This document shows, piece after piece, positions 23,351 through 32,196 of a stretch of DNA of 50,564 nucleotides. Numbering within the stretch: position 1 is the stretch's first letter; every line of letters starts with the position of its first letter. The DNA lies in the NCBI GenBank assembly GCA_015063525.1, contig SVTZ01000002.1:1-50564 (forward strand), in the 5' to 3' direction. Below the pieces are notes generated by a model, which ran no database searches, was not told the DNA's origin, and saw only the letters and a program-made list of their open reading frames with translations. The position numbers were made by a program, and so were the translations under genes. Source of the stretch: Oscillospiraceae bacterium. Lineage in GTDB: Bacteria; Bacillota; Clostridia; Oscillospirales; CAG-272.

Positions 23351-25120
23351 TTAAGCCGCATATTCCCGTTTTGGAATATAGTAGTAAATTACCACGGTCG
23401 CGGTCACTTCTTTCAGTGAGTCGTGAACGACTGTAACGTAATCCGTGGGGTTGCAATCGTATTTGCTGGAAATAGTACCGCCACCGGTTATATTACCAAA
23501 CATCTCACCCCAGCCGCCGTAGTAGTTAAGGTATTCCTGAAAATCGTTATAGTGATTGTAGGTATAGAATACGTATCTTTCGTCAAGGTCGATTATCTTA
23601 TTTCCGTTAAGGTCGCTGTGCGAATAGACTATTCGGGCCGCGCCTCTTGTGATGCTGTAGCCGTTGTTGTAAAGGGCGGCAGTATATTTTGGATCGCAGT
23701 CGGTTCCCGTAGTACCAATATCCATCTCGTAGTAGATGAAATCGCCGCCGCAACCGGAAATTCGGGGAAGAACGGGCTCGTAAGGATATCTCGAGGTGTC
23801 GCCGCTGAATTTTGTATGGTTAACTCTTAGATATTCGCCCCAAGGACTTTCGGTCGGCTCTGTGTTTTTGGAATAGGATTGGTTTGCGGGAGGCTCGCCA
23901 AAGGCGAATACGTATGCCGCAACCTCTTCAAGAATAACGTAAGCACCACCCTTGTATATCTCGGAGGTAATCTCGCCGTAGCAGTCCACAACGTAGTAGG
24001 TGTTTTTGTCCTCGGAGAATATATAGATGTTGTTTCTAATAAATTTACCGTCTGATTTTGGCTGATATGCCGATATCGTAGGCCGCTGATCCTGCTCCGC
24101 GATGCTTCCTGACATAAGACCGTGCTGAGTTCTGTAATAGGCGTCCATATAGCTTATCGCAGGAGTGTAATTGGCGTAGAACTCTTTAACGTCAACGTCT
24201 GCGTAAGGGTCGCTAGTCACGGGATCGTCTGTGCCCGGATTGGTAACGTTCTCACCAGAGCCGCTGCTATTTTCACCTTCTTCACCGTTATCCGAGTCGC
24301 CACCATCTCCCTGATCGGGCTTTGTGGGGGTATCAATGCCGGGTGTATAGTAATTAATTATCTTTCCGCGCTCGATTTCAAGCGTGCCTCTGTAATTTCT
24401 CAGAGTTCCGCTGATAATAAGCATATCACCTACTGAAAGATCGCTTGAAGAAAGACTCGTGCCGTTAATGTATGTGCTTCTGTAAACGTAAATAGAGCCG
24501 GTTTCGTCAAAAATTGTCATTTCGCCGTTTCTAAGACTCTCAATTTCGGAAATTGTGGCTACGATATAGTATTTTTCAGAAGACGCAGAGCTTGTGTATC
24601 TCTCGGCAAGTTCCAGCGCCTTTGCAACCGTGATGCATGGATATTCCAAGCCGAAAACGTACTCGTCCTCTTCATCAGCATCGCTGTTTCCACCATTTTC
24701 GGTGTCGTTTTCACTGTTTTCAGTGTCATTCTCACCGTCTCCGCCGATTTCGGTGTCGGTATCCGCTGTAACCTTTACTGTAACTCTGTCAACCTTGTCA
24801 CCAAGAGCTGCCTTAATTACGGCTGTACCTTCAGCCAGAGCTGTAACAACGCCGTCTTCAACCGAAGCACAGCTACTGCTACTTGTCCAGACAACCTCGC
24901 CCTCCGCCTCGTCGGAGCGTATAATCGTAAGACTTACAGTCTCACCGACCATAAGATTGATTGTGCTCTCTTCGTCTATGTAAAATGACTTATCGTCAGG
25001 CGGGTTAGCTTCACCGCCTCCGCCGAGGTTAATATTTGGGAGAATATCGCAGGATACTGTGTTGAAAAGCAGGACGAATACTATTATTATTGCTGCTGTA
25101 ATTTTACTGAAACGCTTCAT
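23351..25120 (-). CDS. Surface lipoprotein: Big_2 Ig-like domain, OB-fold-like domain, and a C-terminal barnase/RNase Sa (N1/T1-superfamily) ribonuclease domain
   Basis: Lipobox NTVSC. Big_2-like VGETVSLTI...VTALAEGTAVIKA. C-terminal blocks YEPVLP, FIYYEMDI, TRGAARIVY and YVFYTYNHYNDFQEY align with RNase Sa blocks (ESVLP, YYHEYTV, TRGTRRII, YYTGDHYATF). Confidence 0.7.
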   Translation of the reverse strand: MKRFSKITAAIIIVFVLLFNTVSCDILPNINLGGGGEANPPDDKSFYIDEESTINLMVGETVSLTIIRSDEAEGEVVWTSSSSCASVEDGVVTALAEGTAVIKAALGDKVDRVTVKVTADTDTEIGGDGENDTENSENDTENGGNSDADEEDEYVFGLEYPCITVAKALELAERYTSSASSEKYYIVATISEIESLRNGEMTIFDETGSIYVYRSTYINGTSLSSSDLSVGDMLIISGTLRNYRGTLEIERGKIINYYTPGIDTPTKPDQGDGGDSDNGEEGENSSGSGENVTNPGTDDPVTSDPYADVDVKEFYANYTPAISYMDAYYRTQHGLMSGSIAEQDQRPTISAYQPKSDGKFIRNNIYIFSEDKNTYYVVDCYGEITSEIYKGGAYVILEEVAAYVFAFGEPPANQSYSKNTEPTESPWGEYLRVNHTKFSGDTSRYPYEPVLPRISGCGGDFIYYEMDIGTTGTDCDPKYTAALYNNGYSITRGAARIVYSHSDLNGNKIIDLDERYVFYTYNHYNDFQEYLNYYGGWGEMFGNITGGGTISSKYDCNPTDYVTVVHDSLKEVTATVVIYYYIPKREYAA

Positions 25121-25153
25121 AAAAACCTCATTTGCGCAATTTTCTACATTAAC

Positions 25154-25182
25154 ATTATATCACAACAGAAAACGATATTCAA
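25154..25182 (-). promoter_or_regulatory. Sigma-A promoter dedicated to the RNase lipoprotein gene
   Basis: Minus strand: TTGAAT (forward attcaa 25177-25182), 17 nt, TATAAT (forward attata 25154-25159). Confidence 0.55.
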
Positions 25183-25262
25183 CATTTTCCTTACCTTTAT
25201 TATATAGATGAAATAATCATTTATATAAAAAACAATAGGTGGGGAACACGAACAAAAAAGAA

Positions 25263-25286
25263 AACCGCACCCCGAAGGGTGCGGTT
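25263..25286 (-). terminator. Rho-independent terminator ending the ABC-nuclease transcript
   Basis: aaccgcaccc / gggtgcggtt 10-bp stem, loop cgaa, followed on the minus strand by ttttcttttttg. Confidence 0.75.
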
Positions 25287-25309
25287 CAATAGTGTTATGT
25301 TAAATACTA

Positions 25310-27901
25310 TTAGTTTTCAACAAGCTTGTAAACAGTAAAGTTGGAGGGATAGGAGCTGGGATAGCTGGATACAGTGCTTGACTTATAGCCACGGAACTTG
25401 AGGTACTGAGAATCGGTATTGAATGCAAGAATTACAGTATCAGCACCTGTGCCTGTGAATGTGAATGTACCGTCCTCGTTAAGAGTCCAAGCCCAGTTAT
25501 AAGCGGTGCCTGTAGCAATACCGTTGTTGTTGCCGCCCTTAGGAGCAATGTACACGCCATTCTTGTCTGCAAGGGTTGCAGAAGAACCGTTAACAGTGAT
25601 TGTCCAATTAGCATCAGCTGCACCGGAGATAGTGTTGTCAGAAATAACAGGCTGTGTAGCGAGAATCCAAGTGCCATCTACATAGGATGGAGCATAACCG
25701 TTCTCAACTACGATAACGTACTTGCCGCTGGTGAACTGATCTGCGCTGGTAATCTTAACATAGGTGCTACCGCTGGTCTCGCCTTCGCCCTCGCCTTCAC
25801 CTTCGCCTTCGCTGGAAGCTACGGTGTGAGAAACGAGCCAAGCGTTTTTAAGCTGAGCAGTGCCATTGTACTGACCAACTATAGAAAGAACAGTGATGGT
25901 GTCGCCAACTGCGGGAGCAGTAGTAAGAGCGTCATATCTAACCTTACCGGTTTCATCGTAAAGACCATAGATGTAAATTTTGTTGCCCTCAGCATCAGTG
26001 ATGTAAAGGTTACCGTAAGTAGTGTTAGAAACTTCGGAAACAGTACCGGTTACGAGATACTTTTCTTCGGTGTAGGTGTTGTGTTCCTTTGCCGCGCCCA
26101 TTTCGCTAGCCTCAGGAATGGAGAGAGAGCCGTTGGAAGAAAGGATCCAACCATTCTTCATCTGTGCTGTGCCATTGTACTGGCCAAGAACGCCAAGGAT
26201 TACAACGTAATCGCCTGCTACGGGAGCGTCGGTCATTGCATCGTATCTTGCTGAACCGTCTGCACTATATGTACCGTAAACGGTGATCTCGTTACCGTAA
26301 GCGTCAACGAGATAAAGGTTGCCGTAAGTGGAGTTATAAACTTCCTTGATGATACCTGCGATCATGTACTTATCTTCGGTATAGGTGTTATGATCCTTTG
26401 CCGCGCCGATTGCAATAGCGTCAACGATGGAAGTTATAGACTTGGAAAGCTTAATCTCGAATTCCTTGGTTGTGGTAGCATCGCCAAGGGTAAGAGTAGC
26501 GGTAAGCTTAACAGTAACTTCATCATTAGGAATAACGATGGTAGCCTTGCCGTCTGCAATAACGATTGCATCGTTATCGGAAGTCCAAGAAATAACTACA
26601 CTGTCATAAGTGGTTCCTACAACAGGAAGATCGATAACTGTGTCGGAGGTGAACTTGGAAGCAATGTTGATAGCGCCAAGCTCAAGTTCAAGCTTCTCAG
26701 CATCGGTTCTCTCGGGAGTCTGAATGTTGTTGAAGCAATCTACAGCGGTGGGAATAATGTAAGGAACTTTTCCATACATAATGAAGATACCGTAAACGTC
26801 AGCGGTGTTACCATAGTTAGCTGCATGAAGAGCGTCGATGGTAGCCTTATCTTCAGTCTTAAGAGTGGTGGGGAAGTCGGTAACGTAGGTTCTTACGTAA
26901 GACTCAACACCGTTAACAGTGAAGAAGAGATACTGGGATGAAGCGGTTTCAAGCTCTTGACCGCCAAGAGTAACACCCTTGATAACAACGGGAAGAGCTA
27001 CGAACTCTGCAAAGTTAGCATCCTTAACAAACTTCTCGGTGATATCAATGTAATCAAATTTCTTGATGGTTTCGTCAATAATCTTAGCAGTACCGCCCTT
27101 GATCTCCATCATCGGATCGTAGGGAGCAGCAGGACCGGTAACGCGAACGGTCATACCAACCTCAATGCCAAGTTCAGCAACGGGATCTACATCCATCTGG
27201 TAGGAGTAGTAACCGCCGCAACCGGTAGCATCCATAAGGAAGAGATGGTTTCTGGTGTTGCCAAGGGACTTGGAGTTGATGGCTACAACAATACCGTCAA
27301 CGATAAGGTTGTCGCCTTCCTTAGCTGCCATATATTCTTCCCAGGTGTTAACCTTGAACTTGGGAACAACGTGCTCAAAGGACTTGGAAAGAGTGTCGCC
27401 ATCTTCATTAGAGATGGTAGCAGTAAGAACGTAAGTAATGTCGCTATAGGGCTCACCTTCTTCGTTGGGAACGTCGATAGTAACAGATCCGTCCTCATTA
27501 ACTACGACCTGGATCTCCTCGGAGTCAACGGTCCAGGTAATAGCGTATCCGAATGCAGAACCAATGAGGGAGTAATCCGAGCTGGTAGCCTTGGGATCAT
27601 CCTTGTACATCTGACGGATGTAATCGGCTGCTGCCTGTAGATCCTCATCAACCTCGGGTTCGGGAACGTAGTCGGGATCCTTTTCGCCGCACGCGCACTC
27701 GCCTTCAACAAAGTTGTGATCGTGGGGCTTTTCAAGCTCAGCTCCGCAGTTGTCACAAACATAGTTGCTGTCTTCGTCAACATGCTCGGTGCATGTTTCA
27801 TCGCCGCCAAGACCTGGAATGATCTGGCTGAGCTGATCGCAGCTTGCAAGCACGGTGAGAGCGAGAGCAAGAACGAGAATTAAGGTCAAAATTCTTTTCA
27901 T
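25310..27901 (-). CDS. 863-aa surface lipoprotein with an N-terminal Cys/His module, three OB-fold-like domains (two as a tandem repeat), a (GE)n linker and a C-terminal beta-rich domain; no recognisable catalytic motif
   Basis: Lipobox VLASC. CTEHVDEDSNYVCDNCG..HDHNFVEGECACGEKDPDY. Repeats of the pattern YxVxGxVxxVxNxxYGNLYxxDxxGNxIxxYG....GDxxxVxGxxGQYNGTAQ. AAGGAG RBS. Confidence 0.6.
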   Translation of the reverse strand: MKRILTLILVLALALTVLASCDQLSQIIPGLGGDETCTEHVDEDSNYVCDNCGAELEKPHDHNFVEGECACGEKDPDYVPEPEVDEDLQAAADYIRQMYKDDPKATSSDYSLIGSAFGYAITWTVDSEEIQVVVNEDGSVTIDVPNEEGEPYSDITYVLTATISNEDGDTLSKSFEHVVPKFKVNTWEEYMAAKEGDNLIVDGIVVAINSKSLGNTRNHLFLMDATGCGGYYSYQMDVDPVAELGIEVGMTVRVTGPAAPYDPMMEIKGGTAKIIDETIKKFDYIDITEKFVKDANFAEFVALPVVIKGVTLGGQELETASSQYLFFTVNGVESYVRTYVTDFPTTLKTEDKATIDALHAANYGNTADVYGIFIMYGKVPYIIPTAVDCFNNIQTPERTDAEKLELELGAINIASKFTSDTVIDLPVVGTTYDSVVISWTSDNDAIVIADGKATIVIPNDEVTVKLTATLTLGDATTTKEFEIKLSKSITSIVDAIAIGAAKDHNTYTEDKYMIAGIIKEVYNSTYGNLYLVDAYGNEITVYGTYSADGSARYDAMTDAPVAGDYVVILGVLGQYNGTAQMKNGWILSSNGSLSIPEASEMGAAKEHNTYTEEKYLVTGTVSEVSNTTYGNLYITDAEGNKIYIYGLYDETGKVRYDALTTAPAVGDTITVLSIVGQYNGTAQLKNAWLVSHTVASSEGEGEGEGEGETSGSTYVKITSADQFTSGKYVIVVENGYAPSYVDGTWILATQPVISDNTISGAADANWTITVNGSSATLADKNGVYIAPKGGNNNGIATGTAYNWAWTLNEDGTFTFTGTGADTVILAFNTDSQYLKFRGYKSSTVSSYPSSYPSNFTVYKLVEN
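25829..26446 (-). repeat. In-frame tandem duplication (2 x 309 nt) encoding two OB-fold-like modules
   Basis: gccattgtactg recurs at 25862 and 26171 (period 309 nt). The peptide units ..GAAKDHNTYTEDKYMIAG..GQYNGTAQMKNGWI and ..GAAKEHNTYTEEKYLVTG..GQYNGTAQLKNAWL are clearly homologous. Confidence 0.8.
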
Positions 27902-27988
27902 GTTTTTAGCTCCTTTTTATTATTTAATTTTGGTAAACTAATTCATGAACCACCCCAAAAGGGGCAGTGGGTTTAATAAACGTTCTGA

Positions 27989-29596
27989 TTATTCAAATGT
28001 GAAATCGTTAATACTGAATACCTTGATCTGATACTCACCGTTATAGGAGTCGATAATACCTTTAACCGAAATCACAGTACCGGCAGGGAAATCGCTCTTC
28101 TCAACAACGGTAAGGTTATCGTTGTGTATAAGCTTTTCTGCCGTGCGGATTTTAATCCTGACTCCGTTCTCGTCCTCACAGGTAATAGTAAGGGCACCGT
28201 CGGAGTCGGTATCGGATTGTGTAGTCCAAACGCTTTTAACGGTAAGATTCTTTACGGTAACCGAGCTGTAATGAGCAAGCTCACCGTAATCAAAGATTTT
28301 CTCAGTAATGGTTGTGTCAATAATTTCGCCATTTTCATCCTGTATTTCGGTGATAACGTCAAGCGTAATAGAACCGTTCATAATAGTGCCGGCATCAATT
28401 TCACCAAAGGATGCAGAGTGACCTGTGCTGAGAACGCGGCATCCGCCTTCCCAGTTGGGATCAAGCGTTTTGTATTTAAGGTTGGAAATCTGGTATGTTC
28501 CGCCAAGTTCATAGTACTGGAGAGTACCTACTATGGACATACGGTTTCCGATCTGGAATTCATTCATCTTAGGATAACCGTAACCGCAGAAAATCTGCAT
28601 ACCGAAGTACATATCATGCTCGGCATCGTATTCTTCAATGTATATAGTAGGTCCAACCTGCTTTGCAACAACACCCTCAAACTTAACGAGCTTACCCTCG
28701 TATTTGTTCTGGTGTTTACCCTTTTCATCATCCCAATAGGTGTTAGCCTTAAGCTCCTTGAGCGAAACCTCAATAGCTCCGCCGTAGTAGAAATCGGGGT
28801 CCTTTTCCTTTGAGAATACGTGATACTTCAGCGCCTTTGCCTGGTTAAGGGAAGAAAGCGCGTAATAACCGTAGGTGTTGGAGGAAACATTAGAACCGTA
28901 TGCAAGACCCTGCTGAAGGATCTCAAGGTTAAGGTTTCTATACTCCTCATTCTCGGAGGTTCTGTACCAAACCCAAACGAGATATCTATCACCTGTGGAG
29001 TCAAGGTTCCAGGTAGCGGTATCAGACTCTACGATAATGGAGGTAGCCTCAAGAAGTCTGCTCTTGGTATAGTTGGAAGCCTTCTTGCCCCAGGGCTCGA
29101 TAACGCCTGTGGACTCCGGTGTATTGATGCCAAGATATCTTGCTTTAAGGAATCCTTCAGAAATATACTCCTTGTCAATGTAGAAGTGGGTGGTGTCACC
29201 GTCAATGTAAGACTTTACTTCAACCTCAGCCCAAGCCTTACCGGACTTCGGATCGAACTTAACCTGACTTGCGTAATCGATAGGCTCGAAATTGGGATCA
29301 ACTTCTCCGCAGGCACAAGTACCGTAGTAGAAGTTATGTACGTGAGGAGCGTAGTCGGGATCCTCTTCACCACACTCGCACTTGCCTTCTACGAAGGTGT
29401 GCTCATGTGGAGATTCGAGCTTTGCGCTACAATTGTCGCAAACAAGGTCGCTGTTTGCGTCAACGTGCTCGGTGCAGGTAGTGTCGCCACCACCCTGTCC
29501 GGGCATTATCAGCTCGCAGGCTGCGAGGCAGCCTACGAGCATTGCGATTACGGCAAGCAGTGTCAATAATCTTGATAACTTGTTCATAATCTTCAT
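27989..29596 (-). CDS. Lipoprotein thermonuclease (staphylococcal nuclease/SNase domain) with an N-terminal duplicated Cys/His module and a C-terminal OB-fold-like domain
   Basis: Lipobox MLVGC. SNase motifs YIDGDTTHF and ARYLGINTPES...WGKKAS. Preferred start is MKIMNKL at 29596; the track start at 29638 adds 14 non-signal-like residues. No clear RBS for either start. Confidence 0.8.
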   Translation of the reverse strand: MKIMNKLSRLLTLLAVIAMLVGCLAACELIMPGQGGGDTTCTEHVDANSDLVCDNCSAKLESPHEHTFVEGKCECGEEDPDYAPHVHNFYYGTCACGEVDPNFEPIDYASQVKFDPKSGKAWAEVEVKSYIDGDTTHFYIDKEYISEGFLKARYLGINTPESTGVIEPWGKKASNYTKSRLLEATSIIVESDTATWNLDSTGDRYLVWVWYRTSENEEYRNLNLEILQQGLAYGSNVSSNTYGYYALSSLNQAKALKYHVFSKEKDPDFYYGGAIEVSLKELKANTYWDDEKGKHQNKYEGKLVKFEGVVAKQVGPTIYIEEYDAEHDMYFGMQIFCGYGYPKMNEFQIGNRMSIVGTLQYYELGGTYQISNLKYKTLDPNWEGGCRVLSTGHSASFGEIDAGTIMNGSITLDVITEIQDENGEIIDTTITEKIFDYGELAHYSSVTVKNLTVKSVWTTQSDTDSDGALTITCEDENGVRIKIRTAEKLIHNDNLTVVEKSDFPAGTVISVKGIIDSYNGEYQIKVFSINDFTFE

Positions 29597-29648
29597 TTTA
29601 CTATAAATATTTAAAGTAAGTACTGGATGTGTAAGCATTTAAGCAGTC

Positions 29649-31196
29649 TTAAATGTCTGCAAGGCACTCGTTGATTGCCTTCTTGAACGCGTCAAGAATA
29701 AGTTCGTCAACGGTTTCGAATCCGGAACCTGCAAGAGGAGTCTGGAAGCAGTACTTAATAAGCTCACCAACCTGGTCACGCGCTTTAGAGGAGCCGTTGA
29801 ATGCGGGAGATACAAAGTAATATTCGGTATTCTCAAGAGCAATCTTGGTAGCAAGAGCAATAACGCCGTCCTTGGAGTTGCCGTTAGCAGAGTTGATCCA
29901 ATCAGAGTATACAGAAATATCCATAACCGACTTGATTACGGGCATGTAACCGGAAACCTTAGAGAATGAAGCTTGGAATTCAGCATCGGTAGTAATGAAC
30001 TTAACGAAGAGCCAAGAAGCAACTACTTCCTGCTTGTTGTCCTGGTCGAAGATGCAGAGAGAGGGACCCTGGGAGATAGCTTTGGGGTTCTCTGGATCTA
30101 CCTGAGGAAGGGGAGCGATACCAACCTCGAAGGTCTGCTGGCCGTCCTTAGCAAGGGGGGCCTGGTGCTGAGCACCACCGGTAGAACCGATACACATATA
30201 GATGTTGGGCTTGGTGGGATCAAGCTCAGTGAAGAGACCGGATGTGTATGCACCGTAAAGCTCCTGAGTGGTTACGTAACCCTTCTCGTACCATCCTCTG
30301 AACATCTTAACGAAGTCTCTGTTCGTCTTGTTGTTGAAGAGGAAGTGGTTGTCCTTATCAGTAGAGGTGTAGTTGGAGCCATACTGCTCGCACATGGTGA
30401 TGAACCAGTTGGACTCGGAGTCGTAGCCAAGAATCTTATTGGTGTCGTTATCGGGATTGTTGTCGTTTTTAAGAATTTCCTGGATCTGTGCACAAACTGC
30501 TTCCATTTCTGCCCAAGTGGTGGGAGCCTTGATGTCGTGCTGATCGAAGAAGGTCTTGTTGTAGTAGAGAACCTCAGTAGACTTAGACATAGGCATAGTG
30601 TACATAGTGCCTGCCGCATCAAATACGGTACCCTCTTTGTAGTAACCGGGGATGAAATCAGCTACCTGTTCGTCGGTGAGACCGAGAATTTCGGTAGTGC
30701 CGTCTTCTCTGTTAACCACGATCTTGCTCTCAATGAAGTTGTCAAGGGGAACAACCTTCTTGGAGAGATTGTAGAGAGCAACGTGGTCGGGATAGCAGTA
30801 AGCGATGTTGGGCTGGTTGCCGCCTGCAAGTTCATTCTTTATCTGATCGCGAACTTCGTTGTAACCACCGATCTGGGTATGAGTTACGGTGATGTTGGGG
30901 AAGAGCTCATTGAAGCGCGCGATAGCCATATCAAGCTCAGCGCGGAGATTTTCGCCCATGGTGTGAGAAAAGGTGATCTCAACCTCACTGCCGTCATATC
31001 CAATCTCGGGAACATCGTAGCGAACCTTTTCGGGAGCAGGAGTTTCTCCGCCGCCGTTGTTGCCGTTACCTCCCTGTTCACCGCCGTTGCCGCCGTTACC
31101 TGCGGGAGGGTTTGGGGTAGGAGTATTGCCGCCGACACATGCAACCATAGTGAAGCACATAACGACGAGGAGAAGGAGTGCAATAATCTTCTTCAT
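29649..31196 (-). CDS. ABC transporter extracellular solute-binding lipoprotein (family 1, CUT1 type)
   Basis: Lipobox TMVAC followed by a Gly/Asn-rich linker. About 515 aa with the SBP_bac_1-like layout, directly downstream of two MalFG-type permeases. Confidence 0.8.
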   Translation of the reverse strand: MKKIIALLLLVVMCFTMVACVGGNTPTPNPPAGNGGNGGEQGGNGNNGGGETPAPEKVRYDVPEIGYDGSEVEITFSHTMGENLRAELDMAIARFNELFPNITVTHTQIGGYNEVRDQIKNELAGGNQPNIAYCYPDHVALYNLSKKVVPLDNFIESKIVVNREDGTTEILGLTDEQVADFIPGYYKEGTVFDAAGTMYTMPMSKSTEVLYYNKTFFDQHDIKAPTTWAEMEAVCAQIQEILKNDNNPDNDTNKILGYDSESNWFITMCEQYGSNYTSTDKDNHFLFNNKTNRDFVKMFRGWYEKGYVTTQELYGAYTSGLFTELDPTKPNIYMCIGSTGGAQHQAPLAKDGQQTFEVGIAPLPQVDPENPKAISQGPSLCIFDQDNKQEVVASWLFVKFITTDAEFQASFSKVSGYMPVIKSVMDISVYSDWINSANGNSKDGVIALATKIALENTEYYFVSPAFNGSSKARDQVGELIKYCFQTPLAGSGFETVDELILDAFKKAINECLADI

Positions 31197-31264
31197 TTTT
31201 TGTTTTCCATCCTTTTTATTTTTATTTTTTTAAAAGACCTTAGTCATTTTAAAACAAAATTGAA

Positions 31265-32179
31265 TTAGCCCTTGATACCCGATCTGGATACGCCCTTCAT
31301 AATGTACTTACGAAGGAAGATGAATACAAGGAAGAGAGGAATAGATACCAGCGTTACTGCTGCCATCTGCTGGGGAATGTTTGCATTTCCGGTGTTTGCA
31401 TCCTGAAACGCGGTACGCAGACCGTTAGTGATCAGGTGATATTCCTTGGTAGTAACGAGTCTGGGCCACACGTAGGAGTTCCACGCTCCCATCATCTTAA
31501 GGATAGTGATTGAAATGAGGGTGGGAAGCGCAAGAGGGATCATAACCTTCCAAAGGTATTTAAGATCCTTAGTACCGTCAACCTTAGCGGCCAGGTACAG
31601 CTCGTTAGGTATCTGCATAAAGTTCTGCCTTAACAGATAAATGTAGAATACGCTGACGAGGAAGGGCACAATAAGCACCGCATATCCCTCGAAGGGAGTA
31701 ACGCCAGCACCGACCCAACCCCATTCGGTAACTGTTACGTAGTTGGTGATGGTGAAGAGCTCACCGGGGATCATCATCGTTGCGAGCAGAAGCGCGAATA
31801 GCGCGTCTCTGCCCTTAAATTCAAGTCTTGCAAATACGAACGCCGTGATTACGGTGATTACAAGAGAGAGAATGGTGGACACAACACCGACGATAACGGT
31901 GTTCTTGAAGAGATTGTAAAGGTTAGCGGTCTTGATCGCCTCGGAGTAGTTAGACCAAACGATCGTCTCGGGGAAGAGCGTAGGAATTGCCTGCTCGTAC
32001 TCGGGAACGGTCTTAAGAGAGGATATGATCATCCAATAGAAGGGAAAGACTACTATGAGTGCCATGACGCAAAGAAAGAGGTAAAGAAAAACCTTACCTA
32101 AAACTCCCATAACCTTTTGGGCGGAGGCAACCTTCTTCATATCTTTTTCTTTCATCGTGACAATTTTAGATTCAGACAT
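31265..32179 (-). CDS. ABC transporter permease (MalG/UgpE-like, CUT1)
   Basis: Six TM segments and the EAA-loop motif (ELYLAAKVDGTKDLKYLWKVMIPLALP). Confidence 0.85.
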   Translation of the reverse strand: MSESKIVTMKEKDMKKVASAQKVMGVLGKVFLYLFLCVMALIVVFPFYWMIISSLKTVPEYEQAIPTLFPETIVWSNYSEAIKTANLYNLFKNTVIVGVVSTILSLVITVITAFVFARLEFKGRDALFALLLATMMIPGELFTITNYVTVTEWGWVGAGVTPFEGYAVLIVPFLVSVFYIYLLRQNFMQIPNELYLAAKVDGTKDLKYLWKVMIPLALPTLISITILKMMGAWNSYVWPRLVTTKEYHLITNGLRTAFQDANTGNANIPQQMAAVTLVSIPLFLVFIFLRKYIMKGVSRSGIKG

Positions 32180-32196
32180 TTCAGAATACCTCCTTA

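Noticed and set aside
29597-29638. Upstream alternative starts given by the ORF track (3737 for ktrB, 3595 for MMPL, 29638 for SNase, 40941 for flavin reductase, 48940 for oppB, 13554 for the small peptide).
   Set aside because: The extensions precede or overlap predicted promoters or RBSs, begin at non-ATG codons, or add residues that break canonical N-termini (signal peptide, OppB MTKYLLKR, flavin reductase MRKNFG). Internal starts with better context were preferred.
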